Shown here: positions 51,411 to 64,000 of the stretch, one piece after another
Layout of the letters: each line of letters begins with the position of its first letter
Numbering within the stretch: the first letter of the stretch is position 1
Assembly: GCF_001194135.2 (NCBI RefSeq)
Contig: NC_068988.1
Location: 19,602,771 to 19,666,770, forward strand
Direction: 5' to 3'
DNA from: Octopus bimaculoides
Lineage: Eukaryota
DNA: 64,000 bases
Notes under the pieces: model-generated
What the model was told of the DNA's origin: nothing
Database searches by the model: none
Seen by the model: only the letters and a program-made list of their open reading frames with translations
Made by a program: the position numbers and the translations under genes

Positions 51411-52146
51411 CGGAAATATAAAAAAGCAATGCAATAAAATGATTTCATTTACATTCATACATACATACGTACATGTATGCATGTATGTATGTATGTATGT
51501 ATGTATGTATGTATGTATGTATATATATATTATATATGCATACATGTATAGTATATATGTGTATATATATGTGTATATATATATATATATATATACATAC
51601 ATACATACATATATACATTCATACATAAATACATACATACCTATATATATATGCCACCTAACTGTCTTGATGTTTTGCGTTCTTGTCCCATTTTGTATTA
51701 TTTATACACACACACACACACACACACACATACACCCGCACACACACACACACACATGTATATATATACGCGTGCGTACGCACACATGCACGCACACAAA
51801 CACACACACACACATGTATACGCACGTTTCGGATAGATTGACAAATTCCAAGTTTCTGTGATGTAGTAATCATAATCGACTGAGACTCTACAGGGACACC
51901 CAAATTAAACGTCATCCTATCTTTATCAGTGTTATACCAGATTGGTTTGAATAGATGAGATTGTGATAGATAGTGGTAAAACTAACAAAATTTCAAGTTT
52001 TTTAGCAGATCTACATAGCAATAGCATTTATCAGATCTCGAGAATTATAATACAATTCTTAGTTTCTTGAATTACGATAGACAACTTAAAGATTATTTAA
52101 GGCAAAATTCTTACCCCATTTAAAATATTACTGACAAATTCAAATA

Positions 52147-54147
52147 CACTGCGGCTATAAATTCAAAATATAATATATTCATTTCATCTGTTACAAAGGC
52201 ATATTACGAAAAAAAAAGAAAACAGCTTGGATACAGAACATTGATAGAACTAAATTACTTGGATAATACAATATACACAAATCATAGTACATCAGACGGC
52301 TGGAAATGAATTGTTTTGAACGAACTTGTGCACCTTGCCTCCGGGATGTCACGCAAAAGCATCCATCAAAATCCCACATAATGCTGGGGTTCTACATGCC
52401 TTGGTAGTTGCTCTCCTCTTAGTAATGTCTTGATGGAACCTTCCTCCCTGCTCATCACACACCGCTCCGAGCTTCGGAATGAAAAAGTTGAGGTGGGAGT
52501 GGAGAAAATAAATTTTGAGTGACATTCTGAATACCATATCCTCATAAGACTGTAACAACTTCTCGATGCACACCTGGTGATCTAGTACTCGTGTTTTATG
52601 AGTTTTGACTTAAATGCTTTCCATGCTCTCAGTCCGTTTAAGTTAAAGAGCTCTTCAAAGTCCTTATCCTTCAGCACCTTTCGGATTAGAGGTATGAGGT
52701 CCGACGAAGATGCCCTCCTTGAGCTTAGCTGAACTCAGATCTTGGAACAGAGTGCACAAGTACTGGAAGGCAACGTCATTTTTGTCCATGCCCATCACGA
52801 AATCTTTATTAAAACAAGCATGATATGAAGAGGAGGGAGATTTTCATTGGACACTGTGTTCCCTATGCACGAAAGTGCTTATAAGGCCCTAGTACCTCCA
52901 CTTGTAATGCTTGGACACAACCCGACTGTTCCAGAGATAGAGAAAACAATAGTACTTTGTGAATCACACTAGCGTATCCATAAAGAGCCCAGTGACTTTG
53001 AAATCTCCGCAGAGACTCCACTGTTACTGGTTGTACTTGACAGCTTCCAAAAGGAGATGTATATTGTCATACGACTCCTTCAGATGGACTGAGAGGGCAA
53101 TGGGAATGCTGGGGCGTTTATTCCCATTCTGCAGGAGCACAGCCTTCAGACTCCGCTTGAAAGTGTTTATGAAAAATCGTCTGTCTGAGGAATTGTGTGA
53201 GAAACTAAGGAAAGTGAGCAAGGCGGAGACATTTGTGCAGCAGCACAACCTATTTTCCATGTCGAAAAATGAAGCTAAGCCCTGGTTCCGTGTCTTGAAA
53301 CTGGTGATCCTTACATCTGCCTTGAACAGGTTCCACTTCTTAAGCCAGGATGACTGATGTTTACTTAAATGCAAATCACTGGCAAGGTCATTCAGGTCCA
53401 TCTGCGTGATTCAGTGGGGCTCATTGCCAATTGCTCCTTAATAAACAGAGACATTCACTTCAGAAGAGATCGATTTGGCGGAATCTTCCCCCTGAAAGCA
53501 TTTCTTCATCTGATGAAGGAAGAAAATCCTTATTTGCTGGAGGTTTAGGGACAGGAAGATCATCTGATAGGAGAACAGGTCTCATAGCTGAGGGAAGGTT
53601 GGGATACTTGATGTTTTTAACTAGAAGAAGCGTTGAAACCTGTTACATTTGTTAGACAAAAATAACAATCAACTGCAGAGCTTCGCGGTTCTCTCTAGAC
53701 CATCGGGATTGCAAAGTTAGTCCATTGTAGCGGGGTTTACAACAGATGTTTGGGGTCCGGTATTTGTCCTCATCTCCAATTCTACAGTCAAACTGATGAA
53801 AGTAAGCAGTTCTCAGGGTGGGGGAAGCAATTGTTTAGCGCCGTGCAATTCTCTTGAAATCCCCTCACACGTAGCAGAATGAATTTGTCTTGTTGGTGCA
53901 TCCTCGATATCTTGACGTGTCTGAAGCCATGGTAGAGATATGTATCGTATGTATCACAACGATCTGGAAAACAAATTAAAAATTTATCATATATATGGTT
54001 ACGTGAATTGTTGCAAAATCATAATAATGTGTATCTAAAAACCTAGAGATGATGAGTGAAAACTGGTTTTGTATTTGAAATCAGCACCCCAAAATTAGGC
54101 TAGAACAACTATTTTTATATTTGCCTTAATTTCTCTATAAACCAGTC
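52147..54147 (-). mobile_element. Decayed DNA transposon, CMC superfamily (Chapaev3-like)
   Basis: Contains a near-complete transposase pseudogene. Boundaries are tentative: CACTG at 52147 and degenerate CAGTC at 54143-54147. A subterminal GAAATCAGCACCCCAAAATT motif lies near 54080. Confidence 0.7.
52300..53930 (-). pseudogene. Chapaev3-like transposase pseudogene
   Basis: MASDTSRYRGCTNKTNSFCYV*G..., FAIPMV*REP...DCYFC, DLNDLASDLHLSK, KRSLKAVLLQNGN...SIPIALSVHLKESYDN, LCGDFKV, TKYYCFL, LPPLHI, LSSAKLKEGIFVGP, MSLKIYFLHSHL, LGAVCDEQGGRFHQDI occur in the correct order with stops and frameshifts. Transposase identity is strong; the subfamily name is from recall. Confidence 0.85.
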
Positions 54148-55253
54148 TTAATTAGGCTATGAGGGGAATATTTTTTGGTCATTATTAATCCTAGATATAA
54201 ACTATAAATAAGAGAAGACAAGTTGAGTTAATGAGAATTCTAACGGTAAATGACCAATATTTTTTTCTGTAGGGAAGATATATTTCAAATAAATTGCTTT
54301 CCGTAAAATAATTAACATTTAAAGACTAAGATAATTGTAATATGACTGAGATAATTTAAGATGAAAAGTAATTAAAAAGAAATTTTAAATGATTGTATTT
54401 CTCAACAGGCCCTGCTCTGCTCTATTTAACTTTACCCAGAACAAATTTTAAAATAAAATTGACAATTAGTAATTGGTGCTATAAAGTCAGACATAGCCTG
54501 GGCCATTCTTTGGCTCAAACATATCTAGATTATTTCAATTATCAACCTAATTACAGAATCTAACATCTTGAAAAGTAATAAAAATAATAACGATAACAAC
54601 AAAAGTAATAAGGATAATAACAACGACAATGACAAAAACAAGAACAAGAACAACATAAATATACATCATGCTTATTTATACACACACACACGTGCACACT
54701 CTAACACATACGGGAACGGTAGTATAACGAATCACTGTCTTTCGACTAATAAACAATTACATGTGATACGTACAATGCCCATGCATTTGTGAATGTTTCG
54801 GCGTCCGAGGGACGTGCCGAATATTCATATATGTCTGTATGTTCATTCACTATCACAGTATTCTTACATAAATGAATATTATAGAGTCCCTAGCAAGTAT
54901 ATAAATATTTTACGACCAAATTTTATGTATTGCTTAGCATAAAACAATCTACCTGTAGTGAAGAAAATGAGATGACAAAAAAATTTTAATGCAATATTCT
55001 TGCATTCATACCAGTAAACATCTATATCGTTTAATCTGGTGGAAATCCAGAATTATGTATTAGAAATCATCCCTATTTCTAGTTTGTACTGGTACAAACA
55101 AATACTATTAGGCTTATACATATTAAAACGCACGAACACATGCAAAAATGGTGTGATACCTACATACATTTATGCGAGTACGCAAGTGCATGAGAATATA
55201 TTCATGGAAATTCATGGAAATGAATTCTAAAGGTCTGTGTGTGAGCGCGTCTT

Positions 55254-55469
55254 AATATTGATTTCAAATTTTGGCACAAGGCCAGGAAGTTAGGGATAGG
55301 AGATAAGTCGATTACATTGATCCCAGTAATTTACTAGTATCTATTTTATCAAGCCCTAAAGGGATGAATGGCAAGGTCGACCTCTGCGGAATTTGAACTC
55401 ACAACGTTGAGACGGTGGAAATATCGCTAAATATTATGCACGGTTTGCTAACGTTACAGTGAGCTTGCC
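55254..55469 (-). mobile_element. SINE-B, diverged
   Basis: AAATTTTGGCACAAGGCCAG...GGTCGACCTCTGCGGAATTTGAACTCACAACG. Confidence 0.8.
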
Positions 55470-56205
55470 ACATTTGTGCGTGTTCATAGTGAACTGAAAA
55501 ATATGCGATATATACATATATACACAAACCCACGCGCACAAACACACACGCACACACACACAAACACACAGATATATAAGTGTGGCAAGAAAATTGGAGA
55601 GCTCGCTATTCTTCAGTATAGATGCGTATATATGTGTGTGCATGTATGTGCATGCGTGTATATATATATATANNNNNNNNNNNNNNNNNNNNNNNNNNNN
55701 NNNNNNNNNNNNNNNNNNNNNNNNNNNNNNNNNNNNNNNNNNNNNNNNNNNNNNNNNNNNNNNNNNNNNNNNNNNNNNNNNNNNNNNNNNNNNNNNNNNN
55801 NNNNNNNNNNNNNNNNNNNNNNNNNNNNNNNNNNNNNNNNNNNNNNNNNNNNNNNNNNNNNNNNNNNNNNNNNNNNNNNNNNNNNNNNNNNNNNNNNNNN
55901 NNNNNNNNNNNNNNNNNNNNNNNNNNNNNNNNNNNNNNNNNNNNNNNNNNNNNNNNNNNNNNNNNNNNNNNNNNNNNNNNNNNNNNNNNNNNNNNNNNNN
56001 NNNNNNNNNNNNNNNNNNNNNNNNNNNNNNNNNNNNNNNNNNNNNNNNNNNNNNNNNNNNNNNNNNNNNNNNNNNNNNNNNNNNNNNNNNNNNNNNNNNN
56101 NNNNNNNNNNNNNNNNNNNNNNNNNNNNNNNNNNNNNNNNNNNNNNNNNNNNNNNNNNNNNNNNNNNNNNNNNNNNNNNNNNNNNNNNNNNNNNNNNNNN
56201 NNNNN

Positions 56206-56240
<35 letters not shown>

Positions 56241-56552
56241 AGGTGGACCATAATAATGGAACACACTAAAAATTCTAGATAATTCTCTATTTAGCGCTTT
56301 CGTGCAATCGTGCAGACTGTTCCGAAGAAATTTTCTGTAAAATTTCGTTTCTTGTAGAACAATGATAAAGAATATAAAGGGTGAAAAAGAAAAGAGGAAA
56401 GAAGAGGGAAGAATAGAAAAGAGGGGTAGACAGAGAGGCTGGAGAAAGAAAGGAAAGCAGGAAGGAAACGAAAAGGTATTTGGGGATGTTTTGTGATTTA
56501 CAGATGGGTGGTGCTAATGACATTCGTCTCCTTACAATAGCTCTAAGAATCA

Positions 56553-56934
56553 CCAGAAAAGACTGTGGGTGAATTTCTACTCTTCCTCATCCCCAATTTC
56601 TGGCCTCCTCATTCCTTGATTGCTATCTACTGGATTACGATGTCTGAGGCCCAGAGGAAAAAGCACTAACTTCTCTCACTGCGATACCAAGAAGGAGCTA
56701 GTGGCCAAAATCAAGGGGGTGTTCCATGACTTTCTCACAGTCACAATGTGGACACATGCGCGAATTGTAGTGCCATCCTGAGACCCTGGTGGATGCTGAG
56801 TGTAGCTTCATTAAGTAAACTATTATTGCCGAGCGAAGATCATGTTATTTTTTGAATTTTTCAAATACTTATATGTTTGTATCATATTTTTTTTTCCTTT
56901 CTATGTAAACTGTCAAATTTAACCCGAAGACACT
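56553..56934 (+). mobile_element. 3' end of a maT (DD37D)-like transposon
   Basis: NFY..SPNFWPP.SLDC..LDY...TKKELVAKIKGVF...LVDAECSFIK*, then TIR-like ACTGTCAAATTTAACCCGAAGACAC next to TA. Confidence 0.75.
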
Positions 56935-57328
56935 ATATGAGACATTAGATTCAATACATTGGCTGCATTGCTTCTGGTTAATATGTTTTACTCGTTATGC
57001 ACAAATATCACCTTTGCAGCTTTGCTGTAAACGTTTGTTTGTAAGAGGCAGCGTTTGTTGTCTTCAGTCAAAATATACGAAAGCGAGTCTTGTCTTAGAA
57101 TCTTATGGTCACTGATATTACTGAATGTGTTCCACTTTCTGGTAGCCTCCTCGCAAAGGGTAGTGCAGCCTACGAGATGAATTTGCCAGAATTAAGTGTC
57201 TTTTCCTCACAGGTAATCCGAGAGTATGTCGTTCTATACACTTCCATGCACACAGAAACCAACACCCAGGCCAACATATATATATGTTTCCATTTACATG
57301 TGTGAATATGTAAATATGTACGTATATG

Positions 57329-57374
<46 letters not shown>

Positions 57375-57384
57375 NNNNNNNNNN

Positions 57385-57448
<64 letters not shown>

Positions 57449-58844
57449 AATATATATATATGTATATATATATTCTATTTGACAAGTTCAAGAAACGAAC
57501 GAAAGCGCTAATAATAATGAAGAGATAAAAAGAATTTTTCTCATAATTCTGGTGACCTTTTTACTCAATCAATATAACTATTGTAAATATAACGATAATA
57601 AATTAAAGTAATTTATTACCACCGGTTAGCATGCATAAATAAAAGTTATAAGACATATTTTAAAAATATGGAGTGTATAAAATATTTTTATACGGGTTTT
57701 AACTGTCCTTTCTAGCATTAATGAGTCCTGTGTCTCCTTTGTGTGGATAAAAACATAAATGTATGGGTATGTGCATGCTGAGTGAGTGAGTGTGTCTAGG
57801 TGTGTAGGTGAGTGTGTCTGTGTGTTTGTGTGTGTGTGTGTGAGTGTGTGTGTGTGTGTGAAACTTTCAGACAGCAATAGATTTCTTCTAAGTCTGCTTT
57901 CACCTCCCATTCTCATTCTATTGAAAGTTCAAAGCAGACACATACACACGCATACACATTCGTGGGTTTGCGTATTGTGCGTGTTTTAAACAGAAAGAAA
58001 GAAAAAGATACAGAGAACAGAGAGACAGAGAGAGAGAGAGAGAATAAGAGAATTAAAGAATACATATTGTCGTCTACGCGATTCACAAGATTCTTCACTA
58101 AGTACAATACATATTTTAGCAGATTATATATCTACCATGAAGAGTTTTCCCCAATCACGCGTCATTTGCTCACTGAGTCTGACGTATCAAAAGCGAGTCT
58201 GTCATGGCGCCTATTAATATTCTCATATGGCACCCTTTAATGTGATGTAACATATTAAAGTAAATCAAAAATACAAAACTTTCAATAATTTCCCTTGGAT
58301 TTCTGCTCGGAATGCTGAGTGTGTAATGTAAGCTATCATGTTAAATGGTCTAGTTATATCCTCGCATTAAAACACTCAAGCATTCAAATTTTAATTTCAA
58401 TAAACACTTAAAATGTTATATATATTTGTTCTGATTTACTTTCTTTATTTCTCATCTTCCCCGTGCTCCTGCTTTCACTCTTTCTTCCTTCTCTTCGTCC
58501 CTGCCTCTCTTTCACTCCCTTCCTCACTCTATGTATTCTCTGTTCTATTCTAAAAAAAAAAAAATAGTCTTATCCAAGTGTTCCCCGATTTTATTGTCAT
58601 TTCATATTTTTGTTGCTTAGGGAAGTGGAATGACTGATGGTAAATTATTGATTTTTGCAATAATTGTTTTCTTATATACGATGGTGTGTGAGATATTTAA
58701 AGGAAGTGATATTTGAAAAAGCGTTCTGAAGTTCTTTTAAGTTATTCCAAATGTTATTTAGCGGTGAAACTTATTTTGTATAGAAATTAGAGTGGATATA
58801 TGGCGCTACTTACATTACGTTCGTTATTACAGTGGTCGTTGCCA

Positions 58845-58903
<59 letters not shown>
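58845..58903. repeat. (AAT)n microsatellite
   Basis: Directly visible. Confidence 0.95.
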
Positions 58904-58906
<3 letters not shown>

Positions 58907-59201
58907 ACCTCTCTCAGTTTGGCAGAAGAAAGAGCAGTAGTTTGGAGAAGAGGAACGATGACCATTACACCAATCTCAGTGCTCAACTTTTATTTAAATT
59001 ATCGACAGCCAATAAGATGAAAGGAAAAGTCGAATATCGACAGTATTTGAACACAGTTCGTAAAAAGCCATGAGAAATAGCGGTAACCATTTTGTCCATC
59101 GAGCTGACGGTTCTAATAGCTCTTGCATCAATAATAATAATAATAATGATAATAATAATAATAATAACAATGATGATGATAGAGTATGTCAGTATTAACA
59201 A

Positions 59202-59475
59202 TGGAAAATATGTAAACACTACAAAATCAGCACTCATGCTTACTGGTATGAACATCATCCTAAGCCAGTCGTTGAATGTAAATATCACTATCCTCTGGGC
59301 TTTTCCAGTCAACACCGACAAAATGATCACGGCTAATCGATCAGACATAGTCATCAAAGACAGAGAAGAAAATACTCATTGAATAATAGATGTAAGTGTT
59401 CCCACGGATGAAAGCATATCTGTAAAGGAATGTGAGAAATTAAGAAAATATAAGGAACTGGAAATAGAAATACAA
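59202..59475 (+). mobile_element. R4/Dong-clade LINE fragment (restriction-like endonuclease region), decayed
   Basis: WKICKHYKISTHAYWYEHHPKPVVE / ITILWAFPVNTDKMITANRSDIVIKDREENTH*IIDVSVPTDESISVKECEKLRKYKELEIEIQ. Confidence 0.85.
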
Positions 59476-59477
59476 GT

Positions 59478-59890
59478 AAGCCAGAAATTAGGGATGCTGA
59501 TTTCATAGAAATTCTCCGACAACCATTTTCGGAAATATGGTAAGGAGCCACATCTCGCTTTCACAAATATGGCCGTCCGTCAGCAACCGTCTTCAATGAG
59601 GTATTGATCACAGTAGCAACCAGCTTCACAGAGCCATCTGAATTGAGACTGAGGCCTTGTTCAAAGATATGGGGGATGAAATTCGGCGTGCGAACGCGTT
59701 CTGAACGCTTGATGTATTCCTTCCTGCTGGTTACAGCTTCGTAGTCTGCATTGTAGCCGTCCATGTCACGTTTTACACACTTTACAGCGCAATGACAGTA
59801 GTCATTCATGCTGTCGCAATTTTGCACCTGAGCGTATCGCCTCTTTTCCAATATTCAGAGGGATTCCCATACTTCATGACAGCAACCTTT
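59478..59890 (-). mobile_element. 5' part of a maT (DD37D)-like transposon with internal deletion
   Basis: DYEAVTSRKEYIKRSERVRTPNFI is joined directly to PHIFEQGLSLNSDGSVKLVATVINTSLKTVADGRPYL*KRDVAPYHIS / KWLSENFYEISIPNFW. Confidence 0.75.
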
Positions 59891-60994
59891 TTTCTCAAGA
59901 ACAACCTTAATCGTTATGATCTCCAACGCCGTCGACAATTCACTAATACTGTTAATGAAAAAGAATGAAGAGACATAAATAATCATCACTTTGTATAAGC
60001 AATGAAGAAGGGATATGACCACCAACACCAAGCGGTTCTAAAGATTGCCAAATGACTACAAAAGCGAAGTAATATTTACAAGTCAGTAACATGAGAATAA
60101 AGCCTCAAAGAAGTGATTACTCATGCTTTCCACGAATCACACACTCTGATGATATAACGATTCTCTAAATTTGTAAGGTACTCTGTAGGTTCCATATCAC
60201 TGAACAAGCAGGTTGCTTGCAAAGAATCTTACATTAGAAAACACCTTTCTGGATATCGTCAAAGCAAGATGCCGCAACGAAGATATAGCTGTGTTCTTGA
60301 ACACCGACATGACATAAAAGAAAGCCCACTTCATATGATTTATTAAATTAGTACAAGACTAGTATTTTGATGGTAGACAATTGTATCGAACAGAGTTATT
60401 GATTGGTAAGCATCAACCGAGGATGAAAGGCAAAATTGACTTCAACAAAATTTGGACTCAGGAATTTAAATGTTGATAATTAACACGCATACACACATTC
60501 TAATATATACTAACTCACACTCGTACGCACACGCACACTCGCATGCACACACACACACTCGCACGGACACACAATCACGTGTGTAACTGCGACGTGTCTG
60601 TTCGTTCACGACGACCTTGGGCCTATGAATGCGCGTCTATATAGGCGTATTTATGTCAACTTGCGTATACTTATTAAAATAATCTTTCTCTTATTCTTTC
60701 ATTTTTGTCATTTATTTACGCGTAACTATATGTGTATATATAAAAGGTTAACGGTCTTAATTCCAAATATTTCGAATCTGGGAATCCAATAAGCAACCTT
60801 CTACAGGAAAATAACGACAAGCTGTATCATCGAACAAGCAAAATTGATTTTATTGAGTGGAGTTCTTTTTGAAAAGTCACCTGACAATACACGTCTATAC
60901 GTAGGGCTGCATCATACCCAGTTATATACTATATCATCCGCGAGGCAACGATGCAAGATGGGTCTATCTCTCTCATTTATTTATTGGGAGAAGG

Positions 60995-61420
60995 AGGCAC
61001 AATACCGAAATGGATGGAGGAAGCGAGTGCACGGTGACTGTTCGAGTTTGAAAGACAGAGAATGAACCACGAGAAGATCAAGAGAAGGCTTAGAATGAAT
61101 TAACCTGTGGAGAATGAGGGAGTGTTGCTTTTTTGTGCATGATTTGAGAGAGGAAATGCTTGAGCCATGCACGCTTGATCAGCCACCAGAGTACTCAAGA
61201 TTCAAGCTCTTCTAAATTGAAATACGGCTATTGCTCACAACAGAACATATGCTATCTGTGGAAAGGTATGCCTTTCAGTTGGGGAATTGAAAAAACATGT
61301 CAAAAGTCTTCATACTGTGGCACCTGTTCCGTTGTACCAGCCAGCACAGCTGTGCATTATGCAATAGAATGTGCAAATATTTTACCGGAATCAAGAGTCA
61401 TACAAGGAGCTCACAATGCA
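60995..61420 (+). mobile_element. 3' end of an RTE-type LINE ORF with three degenerate C2H2 fingers
   Basis: AQYRNGWRKRVHG / FERQRMNHEKIKRR, then CA*FERKCLSHARLISHQ, ICGKVCLSVGELKKHVKSLH and CALCNRMCKYFTGIKSHTRS, with frameshifts and stops. Confidence 0.6.
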
Positions 61421-62028
61421 TCATCATTGACTCATTTCAAAGATTCTTTCTTGCAATGGCTTTTCTCGTATACGAGAAAGCAGCCACTATATTTGTATAT
61501 ATTTATTCAATATTTATTCTGGTTTTGAAAAGAATGCCATGACATTTAATTCCCCGTTTCTATTGCATATTGGTAGATAAAATGAATTATCGATAATATT
61601 TTGCACAACGCTTGAGTTCTGATAGTCTATTCCGAATGTCTGAAGGCTCAATACGTCTTTGCTAATTCCTCTTCATTCTTTATATAATATATATATAACT
61701 GTTTACTGCGGAATATGCAAATCATTTCGAATATCTATGATGTCATTTGGACGTTCTTGTAATTATTATAGAGTAAATTTTTGCGTCTGTTTATGTGTGT
61801 GATATACATGAAGTTCAATTTTCACGTTTGATTCTTTCATCCACGAAGACAATAATAATAGCATCGATTCGCTTAATTAGTCCTGGTGGATAAAAGCCTG
61901 ATATCTAATTAAAATGTAGTGCGTGCCGTTTGTATAAGTCTCTTTAAAAGATATAAGCACATAGAAACGTACATAACAAGATACGCTTATGCACATACAC
62001 ACATAGTCACTTATATACACATATCTGC

Positions 62029-62060
<32 letters not shown>

Positions 62061-62168
62061 GGAGAGAGAGAGAGGGAGAGAAAGAGAGAGAAAGAGTAAG
62101 ATAAATCGAGATACATATACATGTGAATACATGTGTGCGTGTATATATATATAGTCATATATACATAC

Positions 62169-62203
<35 letters not shown>

Positions 62204-63297
62204 TTACATAATTATACCTACATATTTATACGTATGTGTGTATGCGTGAGTTTTTGTGCGTTTATTTGTAAATTTAAGTTCATTGAAACATAATCATCCA
62301 CACTTATACAAAAAGGCATATACACTCGCTCACACAAACTCACAAACACGTACACATACACACACGCAAGCACATATTCATGTCTATATGTGAAACATAT
62401 CTCACCCGCTTGAATTTCCAAGCAACCATTTGCTCCATCTCTAATTGATATGCACAATGATGTATTAATGGACTGTTTGGTCAAGTTTAAACATAGATAG
62501 TTGTTTCGTCTGATTTAAATTCTTTTGAATATATATTATTGCTGTTCTGGTGCACTGATTGTAGATTTGCCACTTCAGAGATATTTGATTTCTCTGGTTT
62601 TATTTGGAGTGGTTTCTATTCTTGATTACGCACAATACCGCAGTTAAATACAGGAGGAAATTCGATTATGCAATCTATTGACTTTCTTGAGGTCATTAGC
62701 CGCGTCACTGAAGTCAATTAGTTTCAATCGAGAAATGAAACAGACTTAGAGACGCGGTTTACCAAGAGTTATATGTTTTGCTCTTAACCTTACTCAAAAT
62801 AGTTATTTATTACTGGATCATAAAATTAGATGTTATACAAAGAATTGTGGCTTGCATGATAATTTGATTGTGGTTATCAACTATATTATGCAAATATGAT
62901 ATTTGTTTTCTTCTCTTTCATCATTTATATGGACTTATTTTATTATAGTATATACTTCATCGATAATTGTTTGGTTTCAGCCTATGTCTATTCATTAGAG
63001 AAAAATATTGACTAGAGAACGAAGGTGACTCAGTTGTCCACCATTGTATGATATTGCTTTAATGTTTGCTTCTTAAAAGTGCAACCTGTTAATGCTACCT
63101 TTTTGCACATCAGTCTTCGAATGATATAATTTTTCGTTTCTGTATTTCTGGACATTTATCAATTTTTATCGCACAGTCAACCTAGGCGAATTTGGCAAAG
63201 AGCATAAAGACGTACGAAAATGCCGCTAAGCATTTCGTCACGCGTGGTAACATTTCCGCAATTTCTCCGCCTTAACAACAACGATATTAGTAGGATG

Positions 63298-63365
<68 letters not shown>

Positions 63366-63380
63366 AGGATGATGATGATG
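63298..63380. repeat. (TAC)n then (GAT)n microsatellite
   Basis: Directly visible. Confidence 0.95.
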
Positions 63381-63419
63381 GTAATAAATTGACAGCCGAG
63401 AATTGGGTGTTATGAGAAG

Positions 63420-63925
63420 TGAAAGTCAAGAGACGAATCTCCCAAAGGGGACAGTGTATCCCCAATGATATCTGTCCTGGAAATGATCCCCTTGAGTGAA
63501 AGACTGGAAACTGAACTACTTGCTATTCATGGACGATTTGAAGTTGTTCACACACAGTGAGGCAGAATTAGACAGCCAAGTCAAATTGTGCGGATTCTGG
63601 AATGATATCATCATGGAGTTTCAAAACTCAAAATGTGATACGATGGTGATGAGACATGGAGAGTTTGTCATGACAAAAGGCATATGTATGCCAAGTGATG
63701 AAATGATGAAGGCAATTGAATCCGAATCCTGTTATTAATACCGGGGAATACTTATGGCAGATGGAATTATAGTCAATGATATGAAAGAAATGACAAAGAA
63801 AGTGTACTTGGTGTGAGTGAAACAAATATTGGGTTCAAAGCTGAATGCCAGAAACTTAACCTTGGTAATAATATAGCGCGCAATCGCAGTAGTTCGGTAT
63901 GGCGCTGGAATCCTGATGTGGGGTA
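63420..63925 (+). mobile_element. R4/Dong-clade LINE reverse-transcriptase fragment, decayed
   Basis: GDS.SPMISVLEMIPLS / KLNYLLFMDDLKLF...DIIMEFQNSKC...Y*YRGILMAD...KQILGSKLNARN...VVRYGAGIL.W, including the FMDD catalytic motif. Confidence 0.85.
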
Positions 63926-64000
63926 CATGATGACCTTGCTGATTTTGCCAGAGGTCATTGAATGTTTCACAGCGAGGGCTTCTGATTTGAACAGCACCGA

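Noticed and set aside
52959-53655. Plus-strand ORFs of 132 and 74 aa
   Set aside because: They are antisense shadows of the minus-strand transposase pseudogene.
57962-58240. 92-aa ORF with a second partly open frame
   Set aside because: It begins in (GA)n-derived sequence, has no recognisable motif, and has weak splice signals.

Overview
AT-rich, microsatellite-dense, gap-containing animal genomic DNA. The repeat content (tRNA-derived SINE families, mariner/maT, R4/Dong and RTE LINE relics) looks like an octopus (coleoid cephalopod) scaffold; this taxonomic call is pattern recognition, not a database result. No host protein-coding gene, rRNA or true tRNA could be supported, and the window reads as intron or intergenic DNA made largely of transposon debris. 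It holds three SINE families (labelled A, B, C here) with nested and tandem copies, and three MITEs (two TA-flanked, one hAT-like). DNA-transposon relics are two internally deleted mariners, DD37D (maT) and DD41D (rosa)-like fragments, and a near full-length decayed CMC/Chapaev3-like transposase. Retroelement relics are three R4/Dong-clade LINE pieces (one young-looking and sitting inside a (TAA)n tract), RTE-like remnants, and Penelope-like terminal remnants, one of which folds as a minimal hammerhead ribozyme. Nearly all long ORFs in the supplied track are artefacts of N-gaps or simple repeats. I found no convincing new biological system. The best second-look items are the hammerhead-like motif, a head-to-tail SINE array, the TAA-embedded R4/Dong copy, the Chapaev3-like element, two oppositely oriented maT halves, and a few weak exon candidates.
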